61,603 nucleotides of DNA from a virus (IMGVR_UViG_3300030090_000470:1-61603), one strand, 5' to 3'; shown: positions 30,362 through 40,673, numbered from the stretch's first letter. Notes: a model not told the origin generated them from the letters alone. Numbers and translations: made by a program.

Positions 30362-30363
30362 AT

Positions 30364-31038
30364 TTAATCCTCGTATAAATTATTAAAAGTTATTGATGGG
30401 TCAAGATAACTTTCATGTCCTTCTGCAGAATGAGTATGTTGTGAGGGTGTAAACTGTGGTGCACCTTCACCTGTCACCCATAATGCAGGACTTGTCGCTC
30501 TTACTCTATTGTTAGGTAAAGCAACTAAATTACCCTTCCATTCACAATCTTCTGTTATATATAATACATGAGATTGTTTATGTTGTGCAGGACAATCGGC
30601 TATAGCGTTATTTGTGTAATCTACTGTAAACATATACTTACCAGTATAAAACTTTCCATCGATTTTGCAAAGCCATGGAGACGAACTAACTCTATCCATA
30701 ACTATAACAGAATGGTCTCTCGACTCACAATCCCAAGGCTGTGCTAAATGGTCTTCCATAGGAATAGCCCATTCATCAACAGGTATATCGGCTATTAAGC
30801 CTTGAATAGGCATTCTTGCCCACATAGCACCACCATGGATGTTGCCTTCTTCCCAATCATCATATTCTCTTTCACAACCTGTAAAAACAACTTGGAAACT
30901 TAATGACCTATCGGGAATAGTATTCACGGCGAAAGCTATAGCATGAAGGAACTCTCCATGGTAATTTGCATGATTGGCTGTAAACTCCCTTCGCACCCAA
31001 CATTTAAAGTGCGGGATATTACTTATGAGATAAGACAC
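30364..31038 (-). CDS. Conserved phage hypothetical protein
   Basis: GGAMWARMPI, QPWDC, YMFTVDY, QHKQSH, ALPNNRVR. Confidence 0.8.
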   Translation of the reverse strand: MSYLISNIPHFKCWVRREFTANHANYHGEFLHAIAFAVNTIPDRSLSFQVVFTGCEREYDDWEEGNIHGGAMWARMPIQGLIADIPVDEWAIPMEDHLAQPWDCESRDHSVIVMDRVSSSPWLCKIDGKFYTGKYMFTVDYTNNAIADCPAQHKQSHVLYITEDCEWKGNLVALPNNRVRATSPALWVTGEGAPQFTPSQHTHSAEGHESYLDPSITFNNLYED

Positions 31039-31149
31039 TTACTTCTTCTTCTTTTTTCTCATGGTTTTTCTTTTCATGCCGCCTTTCTTTTTATATTTAG
31101 AACTTTTGAGTTTTCCACCTCTTTTCATTCCTTTAGCTTTCATGACCAT
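31039..31149 (-). CDS. 36-aa protamine-like peptide, absent from the ORF track
   Basis: MVMKAKGMKRGGKLKSSKYKKKGGMKRKTMRKKKKK; SD AGGAG. Confidence 0.7.
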   Translation of the reverse strand: MVMKAKGMKRGGKLKSSKYKKKGGMKRKTMRKKKKK

Positions 31150-31150
31150 A

Positions 31151-31594
31151 TTATTCTCCTTTTAATACTCTTTCTTTTAAACGAATCGCACGAGGACCAA
31201 CTTGGGTCGCCCAACGACTATCCATCATTTCAACTGCAGCAGTTTCCCAATCATGTTCTTCTAATGCAGCTAAAAACTTTTTAAACTTTAGTAATCGTGT
31301 AATACCTAAATTAAAACACATATTTGCTAAAACTCTTTGTATATCTTCAGGTAAATGTATCCACCACTCTAAGTTCCTATCTAATTCTGTAGTTACAATA
31401 TTTATATCTTTTTCAAAACATTCTTTTATTCTATCTTCAGATACTGGTGTATCTACATCTTGACCGTGTTCGGGGTCTGATTCTAATATTAGATGTCCTA
31501 TACCAAATGTAGGATATCCGAGGTGGTCTAAATAAATTTTATTTACACAACCTTCATCGAAAGTTAATTCCTCTCTTAATTTATCTACATTCAT
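31151..31594 (-). CDS. T4-type lysozyme (GH24) endolysin
   Basis: DEG...IYLDHLGYPT.GIGH, NM.FNLG, EMMDSRWA.Q; start refined to the ATGA overlap at 31594. Confidence 0.9.
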   Translation of the reverse strand: MNVDKLREELTFDEGCVNKIYLDHLGYPTFGIGHLILESDPEHGQDVDTPVSEDRIKECFEKDINIVTTELDRNLEWWIHLPEDIQRVLANMCFNLGITRLLKFKKFLAALEEHDWETAAVEMMDSRWATQVGPRAIRLKERVLKGE

Positions 31595-31917
31595 TTTATC
31601 GGGACTATTGTTGCTCCGTTTGTTTGTACTGTTATTTTGCCCAGAGTTGCCGTTCCCTGAACGCCATTTTCTTCCCCACTGTATAAATTTATCCATTCTA
31701 CACCACTCCATAACTGTAATTGATTAGTGCTTAGATTAAAAATTATATCACCTTTATTGAATTTATTTAAATTTCTTTGCGTCTCATTAACTGTCAAAGT
31801 TGCGTCTATATCTTTAGAATTTAAAGATAATTCAAGAACTCTAACTAATCTGTTAAATAATTCAGGACTAAGAGGACCAACTGCTATCGGTAATTTAGTC
31901 TGTAATAATTTAGCCAC
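31591..31917 (-). CDS. Putative tail-associated protein
   Basis: G.IIFN.ST.QLQ.W.G..W motif; follows the tail tubular gene. Confidence 0.55.
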   Translation of the reverse strand: MAKLLQTKLPIAVGPLSPELFNRLVRVLELSLNSKDIDATLTVNETQRNLNKFNKGDIIFNLSTNQLQLWSGVEWINLYSGEENGVQGTATLGKITVQTNGATIVPIK

Positions 31918-33803
31918 TATCGTCTACCGTCTGGTTTTACATCTAGACGGGTGGCTCCTAATCTAAAACTCATACCTATTTCATTAGTATCAGTATCATT
32001 AGACTGAACTCTTAGAACCACTTGTCTAGCTCTAAGACGAGTATCAATTTTAGTTGTAGTTGAAAAGCAAGAAGCTGTGGTGACTGTGCTTAAATCATCT
32101 CCTGGAAAATCTCTTTTCTTTAAAACAAAATCTAGTTTTTGTCCTGTGCTGCCTGTTGCAGCATCGCCTATAAAATTGACATCAGGAATAATTCTACTTA
32201 CTGCGGAAAATACTTCGCCTGCAGGGTCTATATCGAAATCACTAGATTCTATAAAAACATTTTGCATAGCAGAGCCGTCATCGTCATTACCTACCTCATG
32301 GTTATACAAGTAACTTGTGTTTGATGTTGTGTAAGAAGCTATGGGTTTATCGAAAACCCCTTCATCTAACCAAGCACATCTATCGAGTTGTCCTATTGAC
32401 CAAACATTTTCATTATAATTATAAGTGACATATCTATCTATACTTGATGAAGCAGCAGAACAATAAAACCAACCTACTTCATTAAAAGCTTTATTTATAA
32501 AAGCAAATATTTGAAAACTTTGTGTTACATTAATATCGCTAAAAACATAATCTTTAACCGAACATGGTAGAGTTTGTACTTGACCTGTGTAAACGTAAAA
32601 ACCTTTTTTATCCATCCAAAAAACACCTTTAGGTGAATTAACAGCAGCATTAGGACCTACCATACCTACACCTTCATTTACTAAATTTAATCCGAAAGTA
32701 AACGGCTGACCAATAAACTGTAAACTATATAAAGCTATGTCAGTCCATACTAAAGTTTCTTGCCTTGCTCTAATTCCACCAATAATTGCAGAACCTGCTG
32801 ATACTCGCAAAGAGCCTGCTGTGTTTGTAGATAAAGGCTCCCATTGGGTAACATCTTCTTGGTCACTAAAAGCTATTAACATAGGGTCTTGTACACCGCT
32901 TCTGCTTTCTCCTTCTATAGGGTCAGCTCCTAAACAGATTACGTGTCTATCTATATCACTAACTAAAACTTGTGCGGCAACAGTAGGAGCTAAATTAGAA
33001 TTAGCTAAATCTGATAAAGCTACTCCTCTCGTTGAAGTACCACTACTTGCGTCCCAATAATAAATACCACCGTTTCTTACGTTAAAAACTAAATCTTCTC
33101 CAAAATTATCGTGAGAATATAATCTTAATTGATTTGTTACAGATAAAGTAGAAGCTGAACCAAAAGTTCCCGCTCCCCATGTATCTATGCCCCAACCAGA
33201 GGAAGGTACAAAAACATCTAAACCTACATTGATTTGATAAGCTCCGTCTACAGCAGAACCACCGTTACCGCTATCACTAGCATTAGCTGTAACAGTATTA
33301 CCGTCAGTATCTTTAGCTACGAAAGTATAAGTATTAGATGTTGGTACAGAAACTATTTGGTATTCTTGATTTAATACAGCAGCTGTTATATTGCCACCTA
33401 AACTTACAGCTTCACTAAATGTGACGAAATCATTACGTACAGCACCGTGATTACTATCAGTAGCTGTTATAGTTGAACTACCATTAGTTGCTGAGAATGT
33501 AATACTATTAGTTGAAGATTTTCTTATAGGAGTAATATCGTAATAATTATCTCCTTCTAACACGTAATATTTTTGTGTAGCTCCTATACCTACATATTTT
33601 ATGCCGTTTAAAGCAGTCCAGCCTATTAAAGCTCTAGCTTTAGATATAAAAGTATTAGAAGTTCTTTTTACCCAACCACCTATTTTCTCTGGTAATCCCT
33701 TTCTAAATCTTACTAAATTACCATCAAACCAACCACCCTCATTTGTATAAGCCGTTGTATCTTTATTAATTCCTGGTTTGAATAAAAATTTTTGAAGAGG
33801 CAC
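31917..33803 (-). CDS. Tail tubular/nozzle (P22 gp10 / T7 gp12-like) protein
   Basis: FKPGI....T.Y..EGGW...VRFR.G.PEKIGGW N-terminus, beta-rich, C-terminal PDGRR. Confidence 0.7.
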   Translation of the reverse strand: MPLQKFLFKPGINKDTTAYTNEGGWFDGNLVRFRKGLPEKIGGWVKRTSNTFISKARALIGWTALNGIKYVGIGATQKYYVLEGDNYYDITPIRKSSTNSITFSATNGSSTITATDSNHGAVRNDFVTFSEAVSLGGNITAAVLNQEYQIVSVPTSNTYTFVAKDTDGNTVTANASDSGNGGSAVDGAYQINVGLDVFVPSSGWGIDTWGAGTFGSASTLSVTNQLRLYSHDNFGEDLVFNVRNGGIYYWDASSGTSTRGVALSDLANSNLAPTVAAQVLVSDIDRHVICLGADPIEGESRSGVQDPMLIAFSDQEDVTQWEPLSTNTAGSLRVSAGSAIIGGIRARQETLVWTDIALYSLQFIGQPFTFGLNLVNEGVGMVGPNAAVNSPKGVFWMDKKGFYVYTGQVQTLPCSVKDYVFSDINVTQSFQIFAFINKAFNEVGWFYCSAASSSIDRYVTYNYNENVWSIGQLDRCAWLDEGVFDKPIASYTTSNTSYLYNHEVGNDDDGSAMQNVFIESSDFDIDPAGEVFSAVSRIIPDVNFIGDAATGSTGQKLDFVLKKRDFPGDDLSTVTTASCFSTTTKIDTRLRARQVVLRVQSNDTDTNEIGMSFRLGATRLDVKPDGRR

Positions 33804-33812
33804 GCTTTTCTC

Positions 33813-33995
33813 CTAAATAAAAGTAGCAAATACTATAGAGCCTAGTATAAACGGATAAACCCCCCATAACAACATTTCTAATCTTTTAAATTTAGCAGAG
33901 CCTTCGTCTAATCTTTTTTCTATATATTCGTAGCGAATAGCACATTCTCTCTCATGCGCATTAAGTTCTGCTAAAGCGTCCTTGTCAGTTGCCAT
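33813..33995 (-). CDS. Small coiled-coil/TM protein
   Basis: HERECAIRY..I..RL plus C-terminal TM. Confidence 0.65.
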   Translation of the reverse strand: MATDKDALAELNAHERECAIRYEYIEKRLDEGSAKFKRLEMLLWGVYPFILGSIVFATFI

Positions 33996-34156
33996 TATTT
34001 ATCTTTAGCTTTACCTATATTTAAAGCACACCAATCAATAACTTTATAAAGTTTACCAACCCATACATCATCTTTTGGTGTTGGTGTAATCGCGGCTACA
34101 ACAGAAGCTATCGAAATTATAGCTGTAACCCACATAATTATATTTAACCACATCAT
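33995..34156 (-). CDS. 53-aa membrane protein (holin-like), absent from the ORF track
   Basis: MMWLNIIMWVTAIISIASVVAAITPTPKDD...ALNIGKAKDK; SD GGAGG. Confidence 0.75.
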   Translation of the reverse strand: MMWLNIIMWVTAIISIASVVAAITPTPKDDVWVGKLYKVIDWCALNIGKAKDK

Positions 34157-34157
34157 T

Positions 34158-34382
34158 TTATTTTTCCTCCTTTAAAATTTGTTCGGATTCTTCTTTAGTT
34201 GAAGCTATAAAATTATTTTGAAAAACATTTAAAGCAGCGTCTACTTGGTCTAAATCAAACAACATCTGCTCTCTTTTTTGTCTTAAATTAGTTATTTGGT
34301 TAGCAAGATATTTTTGTTTATCAGTCATTTCTGACTCTAATATTTCTTTATCCCCAACCATAGCTTTATTTTCTTGAGTCAT
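34158..34382 (-). CDS. Small coiled-coil protein (tail fibre-associated)
   Basis: 74-aa ORF in operon. Confidence 0.65.
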   Translation of the reverse strand: MTQENKAMVGDKEILESEMTDKQKYLANQITNLRQKREQMLFDLDQVDAALNVFQNNFIASTKEESEQILKEEK

Positions 34383-34387
34383 AATAA

Positions 34388-34660
34388 TTAACTATTAGAT
34401 GAAATATATGCTTTACCTGTTGTAATAGCGTTACTACAGTCAGTTTTTTTACTACTTGATGAGCTTGTTATATTTGGTTGATTTTCATTAGTTCCATCGT
34501 ATGCTAAAATAATTTCTAAATGGTCAACATTCTTTTGTACCATTTCATTTATTTCAGATTGAGTCATATCTCCAACTTCCCAACTACCACCATTTACACC
34601 ATTAATTAAATTAACGCTGTCCATAGCATTTGTTAAACATTCTGTAACTGTTTGTGCCAT
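34388..34660 (-). CDS. Putative tail fibre accessory protein
   Basis: Directly follows the fibre gene; NVDHLEIIL motif. Confidence 0.6.
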   Translation of the reverse strand: MAQTVTECLTNAMDSVNLINGVNGGSWEVGDMTQSEINEMVQKNVDHLEIILAYDGTNENQPNITSSSSSKKTDCSNAITTGKAYISSNS

Positions 34661-34661
34661 A

Positions 34662-37397
34662 TTATTCTCCTTCGTTTAATTTAGTTTTTAAATCTTCTAC
34701 TTGTGCAGAAAGTTCTTTTACTGCATTTACCAAATACCATGTCATGTTATCTGCATTTACAGTTTTACAACCAGTATCTTCTGTATTCACAATATCTGGT
34801 AAAATATCTTCTACCTCTTGTGCAATAACTCCTAGTTGTAAACCTTCTTTTTTAATAGCTGTATGAGTTGGTAACTCTGTAATTTCTTCTGCTGTTTTAT
34901 ATTCAAAGTTTCTAACTTGTATCTGATTAATTTTTTCTAGCCCAATATTATTATCAACTATATTTTTCTTTATTCTTCTATCTGAAGTAGTTGCAAAAGT
35001 TGTAGAATTATTACCTTGAAATAAATTACCATTGCCAGGAGGTGCGATAAATCCTGTGCCATCACCTTTACCTACTTCTGCTGTAGCTATGACTAGTTCA
35101 CTTCTACCACTGGCACTAACATTAGCGTTAAATCCAAACATAAGATTGTTACTACCATCAATTATAGAACTACCAGAACCATAACCATAACAAGTGTTTT
35201 GAGAAGCAGTGGTCTGGTTACTTGCAGCATTACTGCCCATAATAGTATTATAGTTAGAGGTAGTTATATTCATACCAGCTCTAAACCCTATTAAAGTATT
35301 ATGTGAACCCGATGTAATATCTTCACCACATTCAAAACCCATAGTTACACAAGAGTCGCCCGTAGTAAGATTTAATGAGGAATGATAACCTACAGCCGTA
35401 TTACCACTTGAATTAGCTGCATTTAAAGCTGCTCTACCTACAGCTACACTAGTGCCACCAGTAGTTTGACTAGCTAAAGCATTATCTCCAATAGCTACAT
35501 TACTTCCGCCTGTAGTTATACTTAAACCTGAAGCATTACCTACTGCTGTATTTCTTGTTCCTGTTGTATTATCGAGCAATGATGACCTACCAACTGCAAC
35601 GTTAAAATTAGCTGTTGTATTAGCAGCTAATGCGGCTCTTCCTACAGCAACATTGTCAACTCCTTCGGTATTTGAACCATAAGCAAATTGTCCTACGGCT
35701 ACTGATTCATCACCTGTAGTATTTGCAGCACCTGCTCTTTCGCCAATAAAAGTATTATTACCTGCTGTAGTATTTGCTGTTCCTGCATCACGACCTACAA
35801 AAGTGTTATTGTTTCCTGTAGTATTTGCATCTCCAGCATGAGAACCTACAGCTACATTTTCTACACCTGTAGTACAAGCTGCTAATGCTTGATAACCAAC
35901 AGCAGTATTAAAAGCATCAGCACCTGCATTCTGTACAAATAATGTTTGTGTTCCTATTGCTGTGTTTCCACCATGACCATCTTCATTTTTTAAAGCTTCG
36001 AAACCAACAGCAACATTATTAGAACCTGTTGTTAATGCTACTCCTGCATCTTTGCCGACTGCAACATTTTGATTGCCTGTAGTGTTTGCTAATAAAGCAT
36101 TTTTACCAACCGCTGTGTTATCTGACGCAGTTGTGTTGGCGTTTAATGCAGCATCGCCTATCGCGGTGTTGTTAGAGCCAGTTGTATTTTGACTAAAAGT
36201 TTCTCTACCAACAGCTGTATTATTATTTCCTGTAGTATTAGCGTCCATACACCCAGAACCCACTGCTGTGTTTTCCGTGCCTGTAGTGTTTGATAATAAA
36301 GCATTTAAACCAACTGCTGTGTTGTCTGATGCTGTGGTATTAGCATTTAAAGCATTTACACCTATTCCTGTATTTTGAGTACCTGTTGTATTTGTTGCAA
36401 GAGCAGAGCCACCCATTGCTACATTTAAGTTACCTGTGGTATTTGCTGCCAAAGAATTTCTACCTACAGCAGTTAATCCTGTCCCTGTAGTATTAGCTGT
36501 TAATGATTCTGAACCAATAGCTGTGTTATTTGAAGCTGTTGTGTTTGCATCTAATGCGTTCATTCCAACAGCAACGTTATTAGCACCAGTTGTTAAAGCT
36601 GTCATACTTTGATAACCAACTGCTGTATTTCTACCATCACCTGTGGTTGTAGTGGCTAAAGATGACCTACCTATCGCTGTATTAAATGGTGCCGTTGTTA
36701 ATGAAGTTAAGGCTAGATAACCTATACCAGTATTACCATCAGCAGAAGTAATATCATCAAACACTTCATGTCCAAAACCTGTATTATTATTGGCTGCATC
36801 TATTGTGCCAGTACCACCATCATTACTAATAAGCATACTGGCTGTACCAAATGTTGTTATTCCTAATCCATTAACAGTGCCGCCAGTTAAAGCTCCTGTA
36901 ATTGCTGCATCTCCACCTATACTTACATCATCTGTAACTGTTAAATCATCTTGTACTTTTAAATCTACAGTGCTAAGACTAGCAAAAGCATCGGTCACGG
37001 CTGCACCTGAACCTGCTCCATCAGAATAAACTACTTTTACATCGCCTGCTGGTATGGTAATACTTGCACCACTACCTTGCGATATAATTATATTTTGTGA
37101 GCCTGATGTTCCGTTTTCTATAAACCAAAGTTTAGATACGGTATTTGGTCCGATAGTAATAGTACAGGCTGAATCTAGTGTGCCTGTATATTTAAGATAT
37201 AGACTTCTTCCAGGGTCAGTTGAGCCGTCTGCTATTGTAGTAGTATGCGTATCTGCGTTGTCAGTAATAGCTTCTGTACCATAACTAAATGCTTCTGCAA
37301 TAAGTTCTAAATTTGTGTTTGTACTTGTGCCCCAAGTTCCCGATTCGTCACCTGTGGCTATTTCTTTTAATCTTAAATCATTTACATATGTAGCCAT
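34662..37397 (-). CDS. Tail fibre with YadA-head-like repeats and C-terminal S74 intramolecular chaperone
   Basis: N-terminal anchor GDESGTWG..TN.NL; many 14-aa NTAVG..AL..NTTG repeats; SDRRIKKNI, GVIAQEV, LVNAVKELS. Confidence 0.9.
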   Translation of the reverse strand: MATYVNDLRLKEIATGDESGTWGTSTNTNLELIAEAFSYGTEAITDNADTHTTTIADGSTDPGRSLYLKYTGTLDSACTITIGPNTVSKLWFIENGTSGSQNIIISQGSGASITIPAGDVKVVYSDGAGSGAAVTDAFASLSTVDLKVQDDLTVTDDVSIGGDAAITGALTGGTVNGLGITTFGTASMLISNDGGTGTIDAANNNTGFGHEVFDDITSADGNTGIGYLALTSLTTAPFNTAIGRSSLATTTTGDGRNTAVGYQSMTALTTGANNVAVGMNALDANTTASNNTAIGSESLTANTTGTGLTAVGRNSLAANTTGNLNVAMGGSALATNTTGTQNTGIGVNALNANTTASDNTAVGLNALLSNTTGTENTAVGSGCMDANTTGNNNTAVGRETFSQNTTGSNNTAIGDAALNANTTASDNTAVGKNALLANTTGNQNVAVGKDAGVALTTGSNNVAVGFEALKNEDGHGGNTAIGTQTLFVQNAGADAFNTAVGYQALAACTTGVENVAVGSHAGDANTTGNNNTFVGRDAGTANTTAGNNTFIGERAGAANTTGDESVAVGQFAYGSNTEGVDNVAVGRAALAANTTANFNVAVGRSSLLDNTTGTRNTAVGNASGLSITTGGSNVAIGDNALASQTTGGTSVAVGRAALNAANSSGNTAVGYHSSLNLTTGDSCVTMGFECGEDITSGSHNTLIGFRAGMNITTSNYNTIMGSNAASNQTTASQNTCYGYGSGSSIIDGSNNLMFGFNANVSASGRSELVIATAEVGKGDGTGFIAPPGNGNLFQGNNSTTFATTSDRRIKKNIVDNNIGLEKINQIQVRNFEYKTAEEITELPTHTAIKKEGLQLGVIAQEVEDILPDIVNTEDTGCKTVNADNMTWYLVNAVKELSAQVEDLKTKLNEGE

Positions 37398-37442
37398 ATT
37401 GTCCTCCGACTGTTTTGATTGTACACTATATTTAACAAAATT

Positions 37443-38276
37443 TTAAGCAACTTCTTTCCAATTTGGTGTTTGCGTATCTGATACATTTGTATAACTTGCT
37501 GTTTGAGTTGTTGTTACTCCTGAATAATTAGCAGTTTGAGAATCATCTACTAGACCCCAAACATTAACTATATTAGCTACACCTGTTGCACTTACTCCTG
37601 TGAGTACTACCACAGCTTTTGATATTACTGTTTCGTTGCCAAGTGCTGTAGTTCCTTCATTTCCTGTAACACTTATATTATTATCTGAACTGACTGTAAT
37701 TGAGCCTAATGCAGACGTTGCTGTATTTCCTGTTACAGAAATATTAGCACCTGCAGTAACTGATTCATCCCCCAATGTTCCTGCTGAAGCAGAGCCAGAT
37801 ACACCTGTTACTGCTGCACCTGCAGTAATAGCATTTCCTAATGCAGATGTACCGACATTTCCTGACACAGAAACATCGGCACTTGCAGATACGGTTTCAT
37901 CACCTAAAGCAGAAGTACCTACATTACCTGAAACAGAAATATTAGCTGTTGCTACAATAGTTTCGTCACCAAGTGCAGAAGTTGCACTTAGACCAGTGAC
38001 ATTAGTTAAAGCTTTTGCGACAACGGTTTCGTTGCCTAATCCTGTGGTGCCTGCGTTCCCTGTTACAGCTGTAATCGAAGACGCTAATACAGTTATAGAG
38101 CCTAACCCAGATGTTCCTGCTAGACCTGATTGCGAAACGTTAGCATCACAAACTACTGTTTCAGAGCCTAATCCTGAAGTACCAACATTTCCTGTTACAC
38201 TGACAGTTACATTAATAACAGCAGGCTGACCCCAAGGACCAGTGCCCCATGTGGAACGACCCCAACCGACAGACAT
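37443..38276 (-). CDS. Tail/structural protein with ~22-aa T/S/G/V repeats
   Basis: GWGR.TWG.GPWG N-terminus; V.VTG..GT.ALG.ETV repeats. Confidence 0.65.
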   Translation of the reverse strand: MSVGWGRSTWGTGPWGQPAVINVTVSVTGNVGTSGLGSETVVCDANVSQSGLAGTSGLGSITVLASSITAVTGNAGTTGLGNETVVAKALTNVTGLSATSALGDETIVATANISVSGNVGTSALGDETVSASADVSVSGNVGTSALGNAITAGAAVTGVSGSASAGTLGDESVTAGANISVTGNTATSALGSITVSSDNNISVTGNEGTTALGNETVISKAVVVLTGVSATGVANIVNVWGLVDDSQTANYSGVTTTQTASYTNVSDTQTPNWKEVA

Positions 38277-38280
38277 TTAT

Positions 38281-38712
38281 TTAAGCTATTCTTATAATAG
38301 CGTTTGATGCATCTGCTGTAGGGAATTGTATTGTAAAATCTCCGTTAGTCGAAGTCTTATCACCACCAAAAGCTAAAATACAAACAGCAGGGTCTCCAGA
38401 CGCACTATCGTTAAATATCATTGCACCATTAGCAGTTATAGTAGCAGAACTAAATGTTAAATCTGCAAAATCAGTTAAAGCAGTTGTACCTGATGTAGAA
38501 GGGTCAACTCTTGTTAAACTTCCTCCTTTTGCAGTGTAACCTGTTCCGCTAACTTCGTTTGAAGTTGTATATGCAGTAGTTGCCGCGTCTAAAGAAGCAC
38601 TACTTGTATATAACGCTAATTGAAAAGTGCTACCACCACTATTTTTAAAATTATGAACACCTTCTAATAATTCTTTTTTAAAAGATGTACACATTGCTTG
38701 TGTTATTGCCAT
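38281..38712 (-). CDS. Conserved virion structural protein
   Basis: MAITQAMCTSFK.ELL, F.LALYTS, EVSGTGY.AKG. Confidence 0.7.
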   Translation of the reverse strand: MAITQAMCTSFKKELLEGVHNFKNSGGSTFQLALYTSSASLDAATTAYTTSNEVSGTGYTAKGGSLTRVDPSTSGTTALTDFADLTFSSATITANGAMIFNDSASGDPAVCILAFGGDKTSTNGDFTIQFPTADASNAIIRIA

Positions 38713-39002
38713 TACAGCCTCCTTATAATATCAGCCATATCTTTATGACCTTGTTTTTCTAATAAACCCGCTACTGTTGACCTATCGCTAGCAATAGCTT
38801 GTTTCATATATAATAAAACGACTTGTGCCATATTATCTTTAAACGCTTGTGCTTGTGCTTTGACCATGGGGTCTGCGTTATCGCTAATACTAATAAGTCT
38901 TTCCATTATTCTTTCTGTCCAATATTCTGGACTTAAACCTTTATTTTTTGTGGTTTGTACATTTACGTCACCTATCGTAGGCACTACTTCTACACTAAAC
39001 AT
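38712..39002 (-). CDS. Hypothetical protein
   Basis: Operon position; start refined to MFSVEV. Confidence 0.7.
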   Translation of the reverse strand: MFSVEVVPTIGDVNVQTTKNKGLSPEYWTERIMERLISISDNADPMVKAQAQAFKDNMAQVVLLYMKQAIASDRSTVAGLLEKQGHKDMADIIRRL

Positions 39003-39660
39003 TTGGTGCTCCTGCATTAAGTTTTACTTGGTCGTTTCTTGCTTCATCTCTTAAATTTTTAAACTCACCTAAAAGTTTTAAAGTAGCTAAAGCTTCCTGA
39101 TATCTGGTTTCGTAAAGTCCTATTGTGTTAGGGTCTTGTTTTAAAAAATAAGCTCCTTCTACTAAAGAACCATATAACATTGCATTAGGTGCGTTTTCTG
39201 ATAACCAACTTTGACCACTATCCCCTAAAGTTGTGAGAGAATTAGGTCTATAGTAGTAATGAAGTTCAACATTATAATCACTATTAGGAGTTGGTGCTAC
39301 TATAAAACTATCTTCATCGAACTGTGCATAGTAAAGGGGTTTGCCTGTTGTTGCGGCTTGTGGTGTGTAATCTCTTATATAAGAAACTTGTTTTAATAAT
39401 AGATACGAATAATTATTGCTTCCATCTATTACAGCTAAACTAAAAGATGACAAATAATCATCAGGTGTAGATAAATAAGTATTATTTGTTGTAAGTGTTC
39501 CTGTAACATTTTTACGAAAAACAGGAAGCTGAACGCTTTTTAAAATACGTTCTTCAGTGGTTTGGATAAAATTATTTAAATTATTAACAAAAGTTGTCTC
39601 AGAACTGTCTAAATAATCTTGTATTGCTGTTTTTAAACTACTGTATGTAAATCCTGCCAT
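38995..39660 (-). CDS. Tail tubular protein A / adaptor-like protein
   Basis: TY..LK.AIQDY, G.P.YY, APTP...Y.VEL.YY, LYGSL.E. Confidence 0.65.
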   Translation of the reverse strand: MAGFTYSSLKTAIQDYLDSSETTFVNNLNNFIQTTEERILKSVQLPVFRKNVTGTLTTNNTYLSTPDDYLSSFSLAVIDGSNNYSYLLLKQVSYIRDYTPQAATTGKPLYYAQFDEDSFIVAPTPNSDYNVELHYYYRPNSLTTLGDSGQSWLSENAPNAMLYGSLVEGAYFLKQDPNTIGLYETRYQEALATLKLLGEFKNLRDEARNDQVKLNAGAPNV

Positions 39661-40001
39661 TATGTTATACTCACTGTTACGCTACCTAAAGCACTCGTAA
39701 TTTCTTGACCCTCTAGTTTACTACCTATGGGGTCACTTTGAAAAGTCATTCCAGCAGCAGATGCATTCGTTGTTTTTACTAAACCTAACTGTGTTTGTGG
39801 TAAATCTACTTCAGGTCTTGGCTGATGTAAAGCTTCAGCATCAGCTGTAATTGGTGGTGGGTCTAATTGTGGATGTTTTGGTTCATAACACTCATGACAA
39901 ACTTTCGTATTGTCCCATGTCATCCTAGCTTTTGTATATCTATATCTAAAACCACAAACGTCACATATAAAATATGCAAATTTACCAGAAGCGTAAGACA
40001 T
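39660..40001 (-). CDS. Zinc-ribbon protein
   Basis: CDVCG...CHEC.EPKHPQL. Confidence 0.7.
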   Translation of the reverse strand: MSYASGKFAYFICDVCGFRYRYTKARMTWDNTKVCHECYEPKHPQLDPPPITADAEALHQPRPEVDLPQTQLGLVKTTNASAAGMTFQSDPIGSKLEGQEITSALGSVTVSIT

Positions 40002-40672
40002 TAGATATATTGCCTTTTAGGAACTATTTTAAGTGGCGACCTATCTTCATCGTACTTAATAGCATTTAATAAATCTTGTTCGTATTGTTGTTTTAATATT
40101 GGTAGCTTTTGGGTATTCTTTTTTAAACATAAGTAATAAGCTAATCCAGAAGTTAAACATGGTAAAAACCTATTGGGAACATCTATATCTTGGTCTGAAG
40201 CGTCAATATCTTCAATAGTTCGCCATACATAGTAAACCAGTTTGTCGGTTGAGTTCTCTGGTGTTGGATAAAGATGTATTTTTGGTGTGGTCAATCTTTC
40301 TAACCAATACTGTGTAGGTCTAGCTTCAGTTAATTTATTAGGTATACCTACATATTCGTTTCTGTCCATTCTACTTAAACTATGGTCTGTAATAATATTA
40401 TTTACTGTTCTTTCTATATATGCGTCTAAAATATCTATATCGAAAGAATTTATATTATACTCGTTGGTGCCTTTAGTTAACGTAAGTTCAACCTTAGCCA
40501 CCTCCCACATTTGTATACCTCTGTTATTCCAGTCGGCGAACATGATATTTAATGAACGTCTAGCAGTTACTGCATCATAAGACGTACGAGCTTCCAAACC
40601 TGCAAGTTCGTACGCCTCTTCGATTGCGTTAGCTACATTAACTGAAAAAGCTCTTGTACCTGACGTAGCCAT
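40001..40672 (-). CDS. Head-tail adaptor (P22 gp4-like)
   Basis: MATSGT..F, IEEAYE, ARRSLN..F.DW.NRG, P.RFLPC..GLAY. Confidence 0.65.
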   Translation of the reverse strand: MATSGTRAFSVNVANAIEEAYELAGLEARTSYDAVTARRSLNIMFADWNNRGIQMWEVAKVELTLTKGTNEYNINSFDIDILDAYIERTVNNIITDHSLSRMDRNEYVGIPNKLTEARPTQYWLERLTTPKIHLYPTPENSTDKLVYYVWRTIEDIDASDQDIDVPNRFLPCLTSGLAYYLCLKKNTQKLPILKQQYEQDLLNAIKYDEDRSPLKIVPKRQYI

Positions 40673-40673
40673 A

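Noticed and set aside
34662-37397. Diversity-generating retroelement target
   Set aside because: No reverse transcriptase or template repeat seen; the repeats are ordinary YadA-like units
37600-38229. Plus-strand 209-aa ORF and other antisense ORFs in the track
   Set aside because: Antisense shadows of well-supported minus-strand genes; no SD or family motifs
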